This document shows, in pieces, positions 1 to 12,800 of a DNA stretch of 64,000 nt. A program made the translations under genes and the position numbers. Numbering within the stretch: the stretch's first letter is position 1; each line of letters opens with the position of its first letter. The notes under the pieces are model-generated. The model saw only the letters and a program-made list of their open reading frames with translations. It ran no database searches and was not told the DNA's origin. Source of the stretch: Haliotis rufescens (taxonomy: Eukaryota); NCBI RefSeq assembly GCF_023055435.1, contig NW_025964376.1, positions 868,001 through 932,000 of the forward strand, given 5' to 3'.

Positions 1-2464
1 CAATCGTCAGCACATGATGATACACTCACTAACAGTACGAAACATGATGAAACGCTCTGAAACACATGGTGACACGCTCGCTAACTGTAAGCAACACCTG
101 ACACACTCACTAACACGTCTTGTAACGCATGATGACACGCTCGCTACATTAGCGGCACAGTCTCACAGTTGACTTTCGCTGACTCTCTGGTGTTCACGTG
201 TTCACACAACATGAAAACTAGTCTATAAAATCTCATATTAACAAAATATAATTCTCTCAGGAATACTTAGCCTGTCTCACAGACCCTAGACTAACATTTA
301 GTCTATGAAATCTTATATCACACAATACCCTTCTTGACTCTAAAAATAAAAAAAATTCCCGATGCTGATTTCATAGAGCCAGCTAGCGCTGACTAGAATT
401 GCTTTTGTATGCGTTTTTAGATATTTTTTTTTCTTAAAATAAATATATTCCACATTCATGGTGCGGGACTACCAAGACCCTAAAGAAGAAACTTAAAAAG
501 GAGTTCAACACAAGTCAAGAATGATTTGGCTTGCCTAGATTGCCTCAGCTGCCTGCCTGAAATTAAGGATTGTTTGAGGCTCCATTTGGATTTTATTCTT
601 TTTATTTTGTAGATATAGATTTGTAAAAAAGATAACTTTATTTCTGGGACCAAATGTCAGTCTAAGGAATACTGAACCACCGGATGACAGGCGTAATGTT
701 ACATGTTGGTTACATCAACATAAGCCATTCTTGAGTTTGTTGACCGTTGACCTTTGCCTGTCATGGAGCTGATTATATGGTAAATTTAACCTTGCTGTAA
801 AATAAACCAAATCACGTGGGTAATTAGCGCTGACATCTGGGGTCGTTATCGTTGGCATGTGTTGGCCACGCAATAGGCTTAAATGTCACTACTTTAGGAA
901 GTGTGTGTTTAGATCACCGTGGAACAGTATTGCCAAGGACATGATTTTTTGCGATGAGTTTTTTGCAAGGAGTTTGAAATAGATTCTTAGATTCTGCATG
1001 TTTGATGTTTGGACATAAGAACACAATCTGTATACACATGATCTGGGCTACGTCACTTCTTCGTTTGGCCCCGAATGTTTGTGAGATAAATCGAGGTCAA
1101 AACTTTTAAAAAGTTGAGAAAATGTTATCTTGGTAAAGTAACTTTAAAATTAAGCTATGGATATTGTGTCTACAATATCTACATCAGCAGGTGTTATAAA
1201 CATACTCAATCTGGGCGCACATACTGCTTACGCTGAGCCCTGAACATGGATGCATACGTACCAGGTTAAAATCGTCAAGCAATGGCTTCAGCTAGGGAAA
1301 TCAGCCAATTTTCTTTTCTTTAATTGAATTGATTAAATGCCATCGGCAATTTGCTGATGGCGTTTTTTTGCAGGACGGATTTAGTCCTGCTTAATTCCAG
1401 TCTCCAGAACTGTTTCGATTATATGTCTGACGGAATTTACGAAAACTAGAATTATGCACCAATACACCACAAGCATCAGTTAATTAAATCCCTGCAAATC
1501 TATATCATATGATCAAGTTTACCATAGCTACAACGGTATGACGCTGACGGTATGATATAAGCTACAACGAACCCTCGTGGGATAATTGTTGAAGTCAGCA
1601 TAAATGATGACAGCAGCATCGTTCGTTCTCGCAATCATCCTTCAAGCCGATTTGAGACTGACGATATGTACACAATCGCAATCTGTCCACGCTCACTTCA
1701 CTTGATTCTAAAATTCAAACATCGAGGTACAAAAAATGGAACAGCAAATCCTAGCGAGGAAGGCTCTCCGGAAAACTACTTTAAAACTTTTTTCATGATT
1801 TGTTAAGGTCATTAATTTTAAGATGTGTTTTGAAACTAGAGTCAGGGATAGTCAATACGTGCACCTGTTTTAATATATGAGCGCTAAGTAGCATAGTCAC
1901 ATAACTTGTTTTGTGTTTTGGTATGAATTAATCTGAACCTCGTCTTGTGCCAGGCGCGAGCCCGTTACCGGAGACTGCCGACTTTGGGAAAATTAATTAG
2001 GCATAAGTTAAGTCGGTGGAACTGGTCCGTTCATTAGATGAATAGCGTTATGGCTGGCGGTAGAACTAGGCCGTGTAATGTGGAGTGTGATACAGGATTG
2101 CTTCGATGCATCAGAGAGCTGTGTACATGAGCTTTTCACGCTACACTGAAACTGTATGAGAATATATCAAATGTCTCGTAAATTAATGTCTTCAACACCA
2201 ATGAGCCGCAATGCGTATAAACGGCTATCCTAGTCTTTGACAACAGCTAAAGTGCCATTATGACATCGCTGTTAATTTGGACAAGGAAACAGCTCCTTCT
2301 ATTGTTAAAACTAAAACCCAAAGGGTTTCTGTGAGAAATGTGTATTTATTCCGTTACGCTGCAATTTCAATAATTTCATCGTACAAACGAATAATGGGGT
2401 GATATACATTTGGCTATACTTTAGCTTCATGATCATCTTCGTTCTGTTTGTCAGTCGTATGCCA

Positions 2465-2999
2465 GACCGCCTCCGTGGTCTAGTGGTAGAGCGTCCGCCC
2501 GGAGAGCGGAAGGTCTTGGGTTTGATCCCCGGCCGCGTCATACCAAAAGACGTTAGAGGATGGTACTTGTTGTTATCCTGTCTGGCGCTTGGCATTTAGA
2601 GGCTAAAATAAGAACTGGTCGGTTCAAGTGTACTGTGTACTGTGTCTGAGTGGGATTTCGTGTTGAACTGCGGCATGGTATCTCAGTAACATCGCTTTAT
2701 AAAATCGGCATTTGTCNNNNNNNNNNNNNNNNNNNNNNNNNNNNNNNNNNNNNNNNNNNNNNNNNNNNNNNNNNNNNNNNNNNNNNNNNNNNNNNNNNNN
2801 NNNNNNNNNNNNNNNNNNNNNNNNNNNNNNNNNNNNNNNNNNNNNNNNNNNNNNNNNNNNNNNNNNNNNNNNNNNNNNNNNNNNNNNNNNNNNNNNNNNN
2901 NNNNNNNNNNNNNNNNNNNNNNNNNNNNNNNNNNNNNNNNNNNNNNNNNNNNNNNNNNNNNNATCTTGAACGCGACGTTAAACCCAATTCCACCTCACC
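2465..2999 (+). mobile_element. SINE family A copy interrupted by an assembly gap
   Basis: Near-identical to 62247-62605 on both sides of the N-run. Confidence 0.8.
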
Positions 3000-3514
3000 C
3001 CAATAATATTCCATCATCTTTCACAATACATAAGTAGGATCTGTTACAGAATGTGGAAAAAACGGGATCCAGATTCTAAGAGTACTTTCACCTATTGCAA
3101 TATTCTGTGCCCTTTTCACATTATTGCTTGATAATCATCGCAGTTGTCACTGTCAGATTGATGGGAATTCTGCTGGAGGCTTTAGCCACAAAGCATCTAC
3201 AAAGTATGCGCCGTGTTGAGATGCAGACAGTAATAGATGTTTCACCTGCCTTCCAGACACGTCTTCGACCATTTCATGCGGGCTTTCATGGTTATCAGCT
3301 GTTTTGAAAGCATGCCAAACTTCCGACTTCTCTTGTGGAGTGGGTGAAAATATTTTCATAGTTATCTAAGATGGGCTGATTGATATATGTGCCCTGACAA
3401 AGTCCTCGCGTGATTTCTTACCAATTATCTCCCTTGAATTTGTAATCCGTATTGCTCGTATTTCTCATTCGTATTAGACTCAAATGATGAATCCCTTTTG
3501 ATGATTTTTTTCAG

Positions 3515-3605
3515 ACCTACACACCAACCGGTTTTGATACTTTCACATCCACCTATAATGTATCAGAGACCTACAGGATACAGATCAGCATATGGGATAC
3601 ATCAG
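3515..3605 (+). CDS. Rnd: Rnd/RhoE-like Rho GTPase, internal coding exon (switch I to G3 box)
   Basis: tttttcAG acceptor and G|gtaag donor; 91 nt; reads TYTPTGFDTFTSTYNVSETYRIQISIWDTS(G), matching Rho switch I (YxPTxF) and Rnd-type WDTSG. Phase 1 joins the exon at 22697. Confidence 0.9.
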
Positions 3606-5103
3606 GTAAGAGTAACCTCCTCTTTGTGAAATGCTCGCTGTTACACAGGTCGTGTGAAAATGGCAGTAATACCCATGATGTTGATTCTCAAACATAAGGG
3701 GTCCCAGTGTCATGTATGACATGGATTATGAAAAACATATGTCTACTGCAACCATTAATGCATCTCCATTCATCAAGATGCACATAATTTGTTCTTGGGA
3801 GGTGTTGGTTTCAATCCAAGGGACGTTTATTTCACAAGTCATACACCTAATGAGTTAGAGGTACAGTGGCGAGGGAAATTAAGCAGATAGCCACGTATTG
3901 TGTTTGTCTTTAATCATAGTAATTGTAGGCCTTGTGGAGGGGGTCAGGAAATCAACGCTGTGGGGGTTGACGTCACATGTTCTAAGCATTAGCAGAGATG
4001 AGGACTATTCTGTAAGGAATGTCATGTTTCCTGCAGACTAAAGCACGGGATCGCGAACATGTTGGCTACATTCTGGGAACATGCAGGTGTTCGCTGGTTT
4101 TAATAGACCCAAACTATTATCTAGCTTGATAGATAAACGGGCTAGTTTGACACGGGGAGATAGTGTCACAAGACTATGTACGATGTAAGCAATGTTGTCG
4201 GAATTGGGTTACACAATATTGGAAGAAGTTTTATGTTTGGTTGAAGTGGACATGCAGTAAGTTCGTATTAACATTCAAAAGTATGTTTCGTGTCATGTTC
4301 AAGGAAATAGCATTTTGTAACATCGACTTAGGTATGAGGGTTCATGTAGGAACAATTACCCCCCCCCCCCCCCCCCCCCCCCCCGACCCCCCCATTAAAA
4401 AAACAAAACAAAAACAAAAAAGCCCAGCCCTGCTCAATCCACCACAACCCCCCCCCCCCCCCAATGCACTTCTTGCCATACCCAGCTCTTCGCGCGCCTC
4501 TGGTTCTGAGGTCCAGGTGGTTGCTAATGGTTTTGCATGACGTGTAAATGTTACAGCAGATTACTTCACAGTGGGGCTGACTTATCTCCTGTAGCTTCTA
4601 GACACTTGTACAACACTCAAGGGGATTGTCAATAAAAATTCCAGAGATTTCAGTGGGCAAGGTAAACAAAATGTTCTACAACTGAGGCGAGATGTCAAAA
4701 TATGCCGACGTTTTCAAACCTGGCAGACAAATAGTGAAGATGGATGCATTTCTACAATGCGTTGTATAACGTTCCTTTCACATACCAAGACTTTACTCAA
4801 GCGAATCCACAGCAACTGAAGAAACAAAGGGTTGAACGTCCGAGTGGGTCTGGTATGCTGGTGTTCGAGTTATGGAATCTGTATTTTAATCCGTTTTTTG
4901 TCGACGGGCAATGACCCTCAGTGTATGAAGAAATACACAGCTACTTTGAACTTTTAGCGTTACCCGAACAATGTTTTTCGTGCCTTCCGTTTTTTACCTT
5001 GAAAATACTTTCTTTGAAAATGCTTATCCTGAAGCTGCGAAAACGTAACGTTAAAATCATTACACAACAAAATCCCGGTCTCATTGGACTTAGAACACTT
5101 GTC

Positions 5104-5351
5104 GCTGTGCCATGTGGGGGCTATGCACCGCGTTGCTTGTGATGCAAATTGTGTGAGTGGCGGGTATTGACAGTAGAGCTGGACGTGCTTACCCTATCCG
5201 CGAACACCCGGTGTCACGATTGTACACATGTAGCTGTGCCATGTGGGGGCCATGCACCGTGTTGCTTGTGATGCAAGTTGTGTGAGTTGTGGGTACTGAC
5301 GGTAGGGCTGGACGTGCTTACCCTATCCGCGAACACCCGGTGTCACGATTG
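5104..5351. repeat. 129-bp tandem duplication
   Basis: GCTGTGCCATGTGGGGG...CCCGGTGTCACGATTG starts at 5104 and 5233. Confidence 0.85.
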
Positions 5352-6634
5352 ATTTTCAGCAATCCATTCATTTATGTTTTTGTTTACCTTTTACTCTTAA
5401 ACTTGGACTTGTGTCGGCAGATAATCGAAACTGATTTTTGTCTGGCGTTGACGTTTTAAACAGTGGCCAGCTAGAGGGCAGTGTGCTTGTTCGGCGTGTC
5501 CTGGTGGAATATCGCTCAGACCTGTCAGAATGATGCCATGAATGGCAGTGGCACAGTTCACGTGCAGTTCGGCAACGCTGGTGGTGTAGAGTAGCTGGCT
5601 TGTGGCCTCAATCGGTAAATTTGGGTTTCGGTCCTGCCCCACAATGAAACACATGTGATAAAGCATATCGTGTTGTCATATCAAGTACCTCGGAATCGTA
5701 CAATGGACTCCGTTTTTAGTAGATATTTCTTATGATTTATGAAAGGGTCGTGTGGCTTGTGCTTTTTCGAAATACAAAACGCCTCTCTTCACCCAGCAGC
5801 GAATGGGTACCCGGTAGACCAGATCGTTGTGTGATATGCAATGGTTTTATGGTAGTCCGCAAACTGAGCATGCATTAAACGAAGCTCTAACCGTTTAGCT
5901 CCGAGCATTCGTTGGTACGATGTTATGTTAATACACATTTATTTGCGTAATGAAGAGCATCGATAATACACACACGCGAATACCATATCTGACCACATAA
6001 CATCAAGTATTACTATCAAGGCTGTCTGTGGTCTACAAACGTACTCTTGTTAGAAGTAGCTATATGTGGTACAGTAACGTAATCTGGCCTTCACTGTTGA
6101 CCTGTTGGCGGAGGACCTAGCCTACATACAATGTTTTATTAAGAACAATTGTGAAGACAACAACTTCCTCACTGCCTGGAGACTGCTGGAAAGCGGATCT
6201 GGATCATCATTTCCTGACAAAATCCCAGGAGATTTAGGAATACAATAAACACAGGATCGGACTAGGGTATAAATTGAAGCCTTCCCTTAGCCAAATAAAT
6301 TGGATTTTTTTCAGATGCGCAAATCTGCCAATGTGGTATTAAGGATCCCCGCACCGTGAAATTAGCAAACATAATTAATTTTTTGGGGTCTGGCTCTTTA
6401 AACATGTTAAATGGATTTCTTCTTATATTAGGAAGTCTGATTCCAGTTTGATGAGCAGTGGTGTTTTTCTTTTTGGAAACACGGTTTTGTTCAATGAGAT
6501 CATGAATTAAGAGTTTATTTTAATAAAAGGATTTCTCAATTCTCAAATGTGGTTTGTATCGATTTCGTAGGCAGCAAGCGTACTGGTGATGGTTTTGGTT
6601 CGTTGTTGTATTCTCCTGGGTCCAGAGGTCGATT

Positions 6635-6829
6635 GACTGACATTTAGTCTCTGAAATGAACTATTTTACAGAAAAAAACAGTTATGAAATTAATTACGAA
6701 ATATAATAAAAAAAGAGCGTAGAGACTTTCTTCATTTTCAGATATTGCAGTAATCTAGACTTTCCAAACATTATAGACTTGCATGGGCTGTATTGGATAT
6801 ATTTGTTTCAGGGTCTGTATGACAGACTA
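6635..6829 (+). repeat. Interspersed TAGTCTG-terminated repeat (putative non-autonomous DNA element)
   Basis: Similar copies at 14215-14408 and inverted at 17524-17697; the end GGGTCTGTATGACAGACTA is the inverse of TAGCCTGTCTCACAGACCC at about 268; related sequence near 268-480 and 21155-21335. Confidence 0.55.
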
Positions 6830-9800
6830 CGAGGTAGAATAGGTCCTCGGTCCTCAATGTGCATATTGTGGCAGTAAAGCTGTCCAGTATTCCGTGCTTG
6901 TCCCCCTAATTCCAAAGTTGTTTACCTAGTCTGTGTCATCGTTCTCATACTAGAAGTCTATGGTTTGCCTGACCCTGACCCCCGAGAACAGTGTGGTGTT
7001 ATTGTTGGTGGAATACCATGAAGCGGAGTAAACCAACATGCACTCCCTCACTCTAGGTTCCTAAAATGTGTTGTGTTGGACTCTCTATACGGGTGCACAG
7101 CTGTCACAGATTTTGCGAAATATCAACATGATTCATAATCAAGCATGTCTGGTATCAGTCTGGCAACAGACCTAATGTAAGAAGGGCGATGGGGTAGCCT
7201 GGTGGTCAATACCCGGGCTCGATACGACACATGGGCGCAACGTGTTAAGCTCATTTCTTGTGTCCATCGCCGTGCTATTGCTGGAATATTGCTAAAAGCG
7301 GCGTAAAACCATACTCCCTCATTTACTAATGTAATAAGGAAGGACAATTAAAAAACAGTTCCACCCGTGCAGGTTCGGTAGACATTCCGATTTCTGGGAT
7401 AGTATCCTGATTTGATGACGTCTATTAATTATCAGTATCTGTTCTCTTGAAACCAAGTGCCCCAATCATACCACAACAACATCTCCAGCCAATTTCAAGG
7501 GAGGCATGTGTGGTTTCTACACCCCTAAACACTTGACCTTATCTCCTGGCAAAGGGGAAGACCTGTTCTGTGTATGACATACCGTCGAGTTGAGCAAACA
7601 ACATCAAGTGGCTTGACTTGAAATATGTTCTCACGGAAATATCACCGTGTCCTGCCCAGCATATTTTTCCTGTGAAAAGATTCTTTGTCATAGAGACCAC
7701 TCCAAAGCACTCCAACTGTCTAAACTATGTCAGATAAAACCCGATTGCAGACCGTCTCTGCACGATATTTATGTTTTATCTTGGCGATACCACAGTGGTT
7801 GTACCGCAAGGAGATAGGTTTATAGCCTTGCTATTAAATTAAAACATGATAAACCCAGCCCTCAGCTGTTTAATGAACCCCGGATAAAATTTTATTTGGT
7901 TAATAGAAATATGCATGGTTGAGATTATCCGATGCGTCAGTTTTGCAATTCTGAGAGAATTGATGACGTCCGTGCTACACCGAGTACCTGGTGTTTTGTG
8001 CATTGCTTACAACACGTGTACCACCAAAACAGTTGGAAGTTGTATGTGTGGTGTGATGCCAGATTTTTTTTATGATCACCACTGCCACTGTGTCATTGCA
8101 ATATCGCGGTAGAGCAAATATTATGTCTTTGTATATGTGTTTATGAAATGAAAGTCTATCCAACAAGGAAAGGTTTGAAATTCTCAGAATTAGTCTCTGG
8201 CTCTTCCGTCAACAGTTTCAGGTTCATTCAACAGAACAAAAGCTTCAGTCAAACTAAGATATCCGTCTTGCCCCAATTAGCATTACTTCGCCAATGTTAA
8301 ACATGAACAAATCACACCAAGGTATTGTTGTCCAACCCCGATGAAAGCCTCGGTGATACGTGCCACAACATTAGGATCCCTTGCCCGCCCCATAACGACC
8401 CATTGTTTCACAATTGAGACAGTCTGCGGATTATTACAAAAATGTTCACGGGTGGCTGCTGAATGTGGACTATTTCAACGTTTTAGGTAGCAAGCAAAGG
8501 CTGAAAAAAGGACAAACCCCTGTGTAACTGCTCTCAATGATTTCGGCAAATAAAACTGCACTTTTGCAATCTATTCAATATTCTCCCGACCATTGTGTAT
8601 GATTAATCATATTCTAGGCGTCAGTGTTGACATTTTATTTTACGGCTTGACCCTTAAATGCGGCCAGGTTTCCTGTCAAACGAAGCCAGACCTATCGACA
8701 CATAGCCACATAGCCTGTGCCACGAATCTCTTGCTGTCAGTCAAGGCTGTGCTTACAAGGCATATTCTACTGAAGGTCAGAAGGCTCACATTATGTGTCG
8801 TGCTCTTATACAATTAAGGATTGACACAAACCTAAATGGCCAAATAAAATCAAACAATGGCTAATGGTTTTACAACAGGACTATTAACTGTGTCCACAGA
8901 AAAGAACAAACAAAAGACAAATCATGTCAAACTGTATAATTGCCTGAGGGTTCAGTGATGTCCATGGGTCTACAATGGCCAGATGGGCCTTGTCAGAATG
9001 ATTAGGCATCAGTTTCAATGACGGTCGGCATTTGGTCCGACCAACCAATTGTTTATTGTTTTAACTATACAAGTGTATGTTTGACCTGTATTTTGGGGGC
9101 AGTTTATGACACTAGCTGTAAACAGATAAAGGCGAGCCTTCGTCAAGCCAGACCCAACGGTATCATAAACTGCTGTCTCAACCAGACAAAATGAAAGTGA
9201 AGAGTGTCTATCGCAAAGCTTCCGGTAATAATTTCCCACAGGGTAAACAAATAAAAGATTCCCCCTTTTCATATCGGACACACGGGGATTTGTATATGGT
9301 GGCCAGCACCGCATTGCATGGATACAGGTTCCCCGAGTAAACAGCAATCGCAGCCCTGTTTATGTTTCCACCCTCTATCTCTAGTCTTTGAAGAAAGCCA
9401 TTTAATTTGCTGACAAGGAATTTGACAATTTGGACACTTCTATCTCCACATGCCTTATGTTATCTTTACATTTTATTATCGGCCTACTAGATAAAATGAT
9501 TTTTGTAAATATTTACATATCGGTATTCCAACACAACCAAACATAGAGTGACACCGCATCAGAGAACGAGAAGACGCATAAAAGGATTAGACATTTCAGA
9601 AAAATAATCATATTCTTCCTGCCCGTCACAATATACATGTGTGCAATATATTGCTTAGGCCCCCGACTGTTTGAAAGGGTGAAGGTTAAGTTTCTTCAAA
9701 TATGCCCCTGTGTTTATGTCTGTGTCTTACTCTTTTGGTTAGATAACCATTTCCTATCTATGACAGCTGAATGAACTACATGAACATAGCGCCTGTGTTA

Positions 9801-12800
9801 TCACATTGCCGTGACATTGCACCTCTTATTAAGACTTATACCCCTTCAGCTGGAGAATAATGGAATACTGTATCGTCAACAAACAGGGCCCGTTCTTGTT
9901 ACCAATATCTCCATCTGCCCCCCCCCCCCCCCCCCCCCCCCCCGTCTCTGGCTTCCTGTTCATCTTAGCAACCAAATGCCACACGGTTCCCGTGTTGCCC
10001 CGCCCTGGGTGTAATTCGAGCCCGGTCTGTTCCTATGCACAATCTGTGCCAATCACGATAGGAATTATTCACTGTCAAACGAGCATTAACAATAGCGGTT
10101 GTCAGAGTCTACCTCCCCGGTCCATCCCTTCATAGTCGTTAGTCAATATCAGACAGACATATTGGGAATATTTTACCCAAGGCTGAAAATGTAATTTGAG
10201 AAATCGATTATTTGGTTTATTGTCGTATTAATTCTACAAGATCGGCAACATGTATTGACCAGAATGTCTACTATTCAAAACGGCAAGAAATCCAAGTCAC
10301 AGTCTCGAAAATGTTAAACTTTTAAAATTATTAAATAATTAATGTTGGCTAGATGTTTAGAAGTTCATCTCATACATGTTATTTACGCAATTGCAATAAA
10401 ACAACTCAAAACTGTACAAATTGGATTTCGACAGACTGATTAATGAATATTTGTTACGCCGAAAGTATAACTATAAGCTATACGCTAAAAAACCCTTTCC
10501 ACAAACATAAGAAATCTCCGCCGTAGTCACGTTGAAATTTATTATTTTTTGTATTCAGTCACTTAAATAGTTCCACAATCCCAGTCTTTCTGTAGTAAGG
10601 TCAAACTCATGCAATCTGCAGTCATGCCTGTTTACTGCAATTACGGCAAGGAAACCCTACAATTCCGTCTTTTGTGCCAGGAACGATCACAAGTAAATGT
10701 CACGGAAGTCACATGCTGACGTGAAATCGATGGCGAACTTCATCAAATCTGACCACTCCAATATTATGACGCCTCTGGCTAAAATAACAGGAAAGAGGAT
10801 TATGGTTTTGACAGCAGTAATGGACGGCTGATAGAGCCATGGGCCACATTCTGACCGGCGACTTGAAGTATTTCTCCTCAGCTCTGGAATTTCCCCAGTA
10901 GCGGCGAGATAGTTAGCCCTCTTGTCCTCTGCCCTTATCTATTTCCTATTACACATGTCTTACTCTCGTCATGTTTAACCTCGGGGTTATCAGAAGGATG
11001 CGGAGTTTGCCCCATGTTATCAGTGTTCCTGCGAACGCCACAAAACAATGTGTCATGAACTCTGAAAGGCTATTTCAATCCATCAAACTTTTCTTATCCC
11101 GTGTGTCATTTTGTTTGAAAAATCAGGATATGCGCTATCACAATCATTCGTTCATATGTATCTGGTAAGATTGAAATAACGTTTTAATAAAATGTATCAT
11201 AATTTCGTTATATGAGTTTGAGTTACCCTGCGGACTTCGTGTATAGGTTCCTAGATATACATCTGTGGTTAAACAGACTGTCCTTTTCTGTTGACTAGAT
11301 GATTACACACATGTGTCTTGCTCATGATCATTTCCATTGTGCTAGTAATTCCCCAGACTACAAGTACTCATTCCAGCATATTGTTCCTCTGATGGCGACT
11401 ACCGACAAAGACATCCCTTGGCACTGTCTCGGGAAGACAACTTAGGAATAAAATCTCCATCTATCCTGGGATAAATGTCTGTTATTCTGAAAACTGACAC
11501 CCGGACTTAACGGGATTTATCTATGTATCGTTTTCCAGATGCCTGTTTCCGAGGGTAAGCTTTGTTCTACTGTATGGGATGACGTTTGCATTTGTCAACT
11601 CATCCATCAAAGAGTAATAGCACCGCGCTCCTGACTACAGCACTTGTTTGTGGCGGACACTGATCTTATTCAGGCTGTATCTATTATCGGCTTAAATATA
11701 TACCAAATAGTACATATTCTTTGGAAACGATGAATAAATGAATTTTCTTATTTTGGTCCATATGCATGATTACACCTTCAGAGAAATCTTTTTTTGTATC
11801 GCGCCGACAGATGCATCGTCGATTGACACATTGAGAGTAGACACGGTGTTGTCAAATATTTGGATTAATTCGAATAGAACACGTCGCATATCTTCCGCCA
11901 AACTGAACTGAATATAGTTTGCCTGGCTGGACAGTTATGTCCGCAAGGTGGTATTTTCTTTCAGTCATCTGTTAGTTCAATGCTTCAGTGCGTGTTACTG
12001 TAAATCTGAGGTATTGTTTTGGAACTGGGCTTGTGACGAACGATGTATCACTGTGTATTTAACTATTATTTAATGTACATCTCATTTCGTTATATTTTCA
12101 TTCTATCTATTCACCTTCTTTATGATTGTGGACCCATGTTTTTACGTATGGTGAGAGATGTGTACGTAACTGTTACGATTGTTATCTCATTACCTGCGGA
12201 AGAAGTGCTGTCTTTCGCGCCTGTTTTTGGAACCCTGGTGGAAAACGTCGAAGATGAAAATCATTGGTAATGTCAGACGATGTGTCAATGTTTTTACATG
12301 ACTGGATGATAATGGTTTTAGGTTATTCGGTCGTATGAAAGTACGCCCGTATGTTTTATTATAAGACAAATGTAGATGGTAATATTACCCATCATCCTCA
12401 CACGTTTGACAGCAATTTTGTGAGAGTCGGAACGAAATGTATTATCATACGTATGCTGATTCTGGGCATTACTTTTGTGTTGTGTTGTGTGGTGTTGTGT
12501 TGTGATGTGATGTGATGTGATGTGTTTTCTCCAGGCCCCATTGCTGGATTGTCTCAACACTATATTCGCGTACAGGACCGGTACGGTTTAATTACAAGTA
12601 CTGTGGAACAGTACTCTTGCACTCCATGAGGGGTGGTGGGAATGGCCCAGAGGTTAAAGCGGTCGCTCGTCATGCCGAAGGCCCAGGTTTGATTCCCCAC
12701 ATGAGTAAAATGCGTGAAGCCCATGTCTAATGTGTCCCCTCTGTAATATTGCCTAAAACCATACTTCCCCAAGTGCTTAGTATTCTTCCCACCCTTGACA

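Noticed and set aside
1-3514. Rnd first coding exon (P-loop)
   Set aside because: No GxxxxGK[ST] exon found by eye; likely upstream of the window.
4163-4540. Poly-proline ORFs here and at 9811-10135
   Set aside because: Produced by poly-C runs in intronic DNA.
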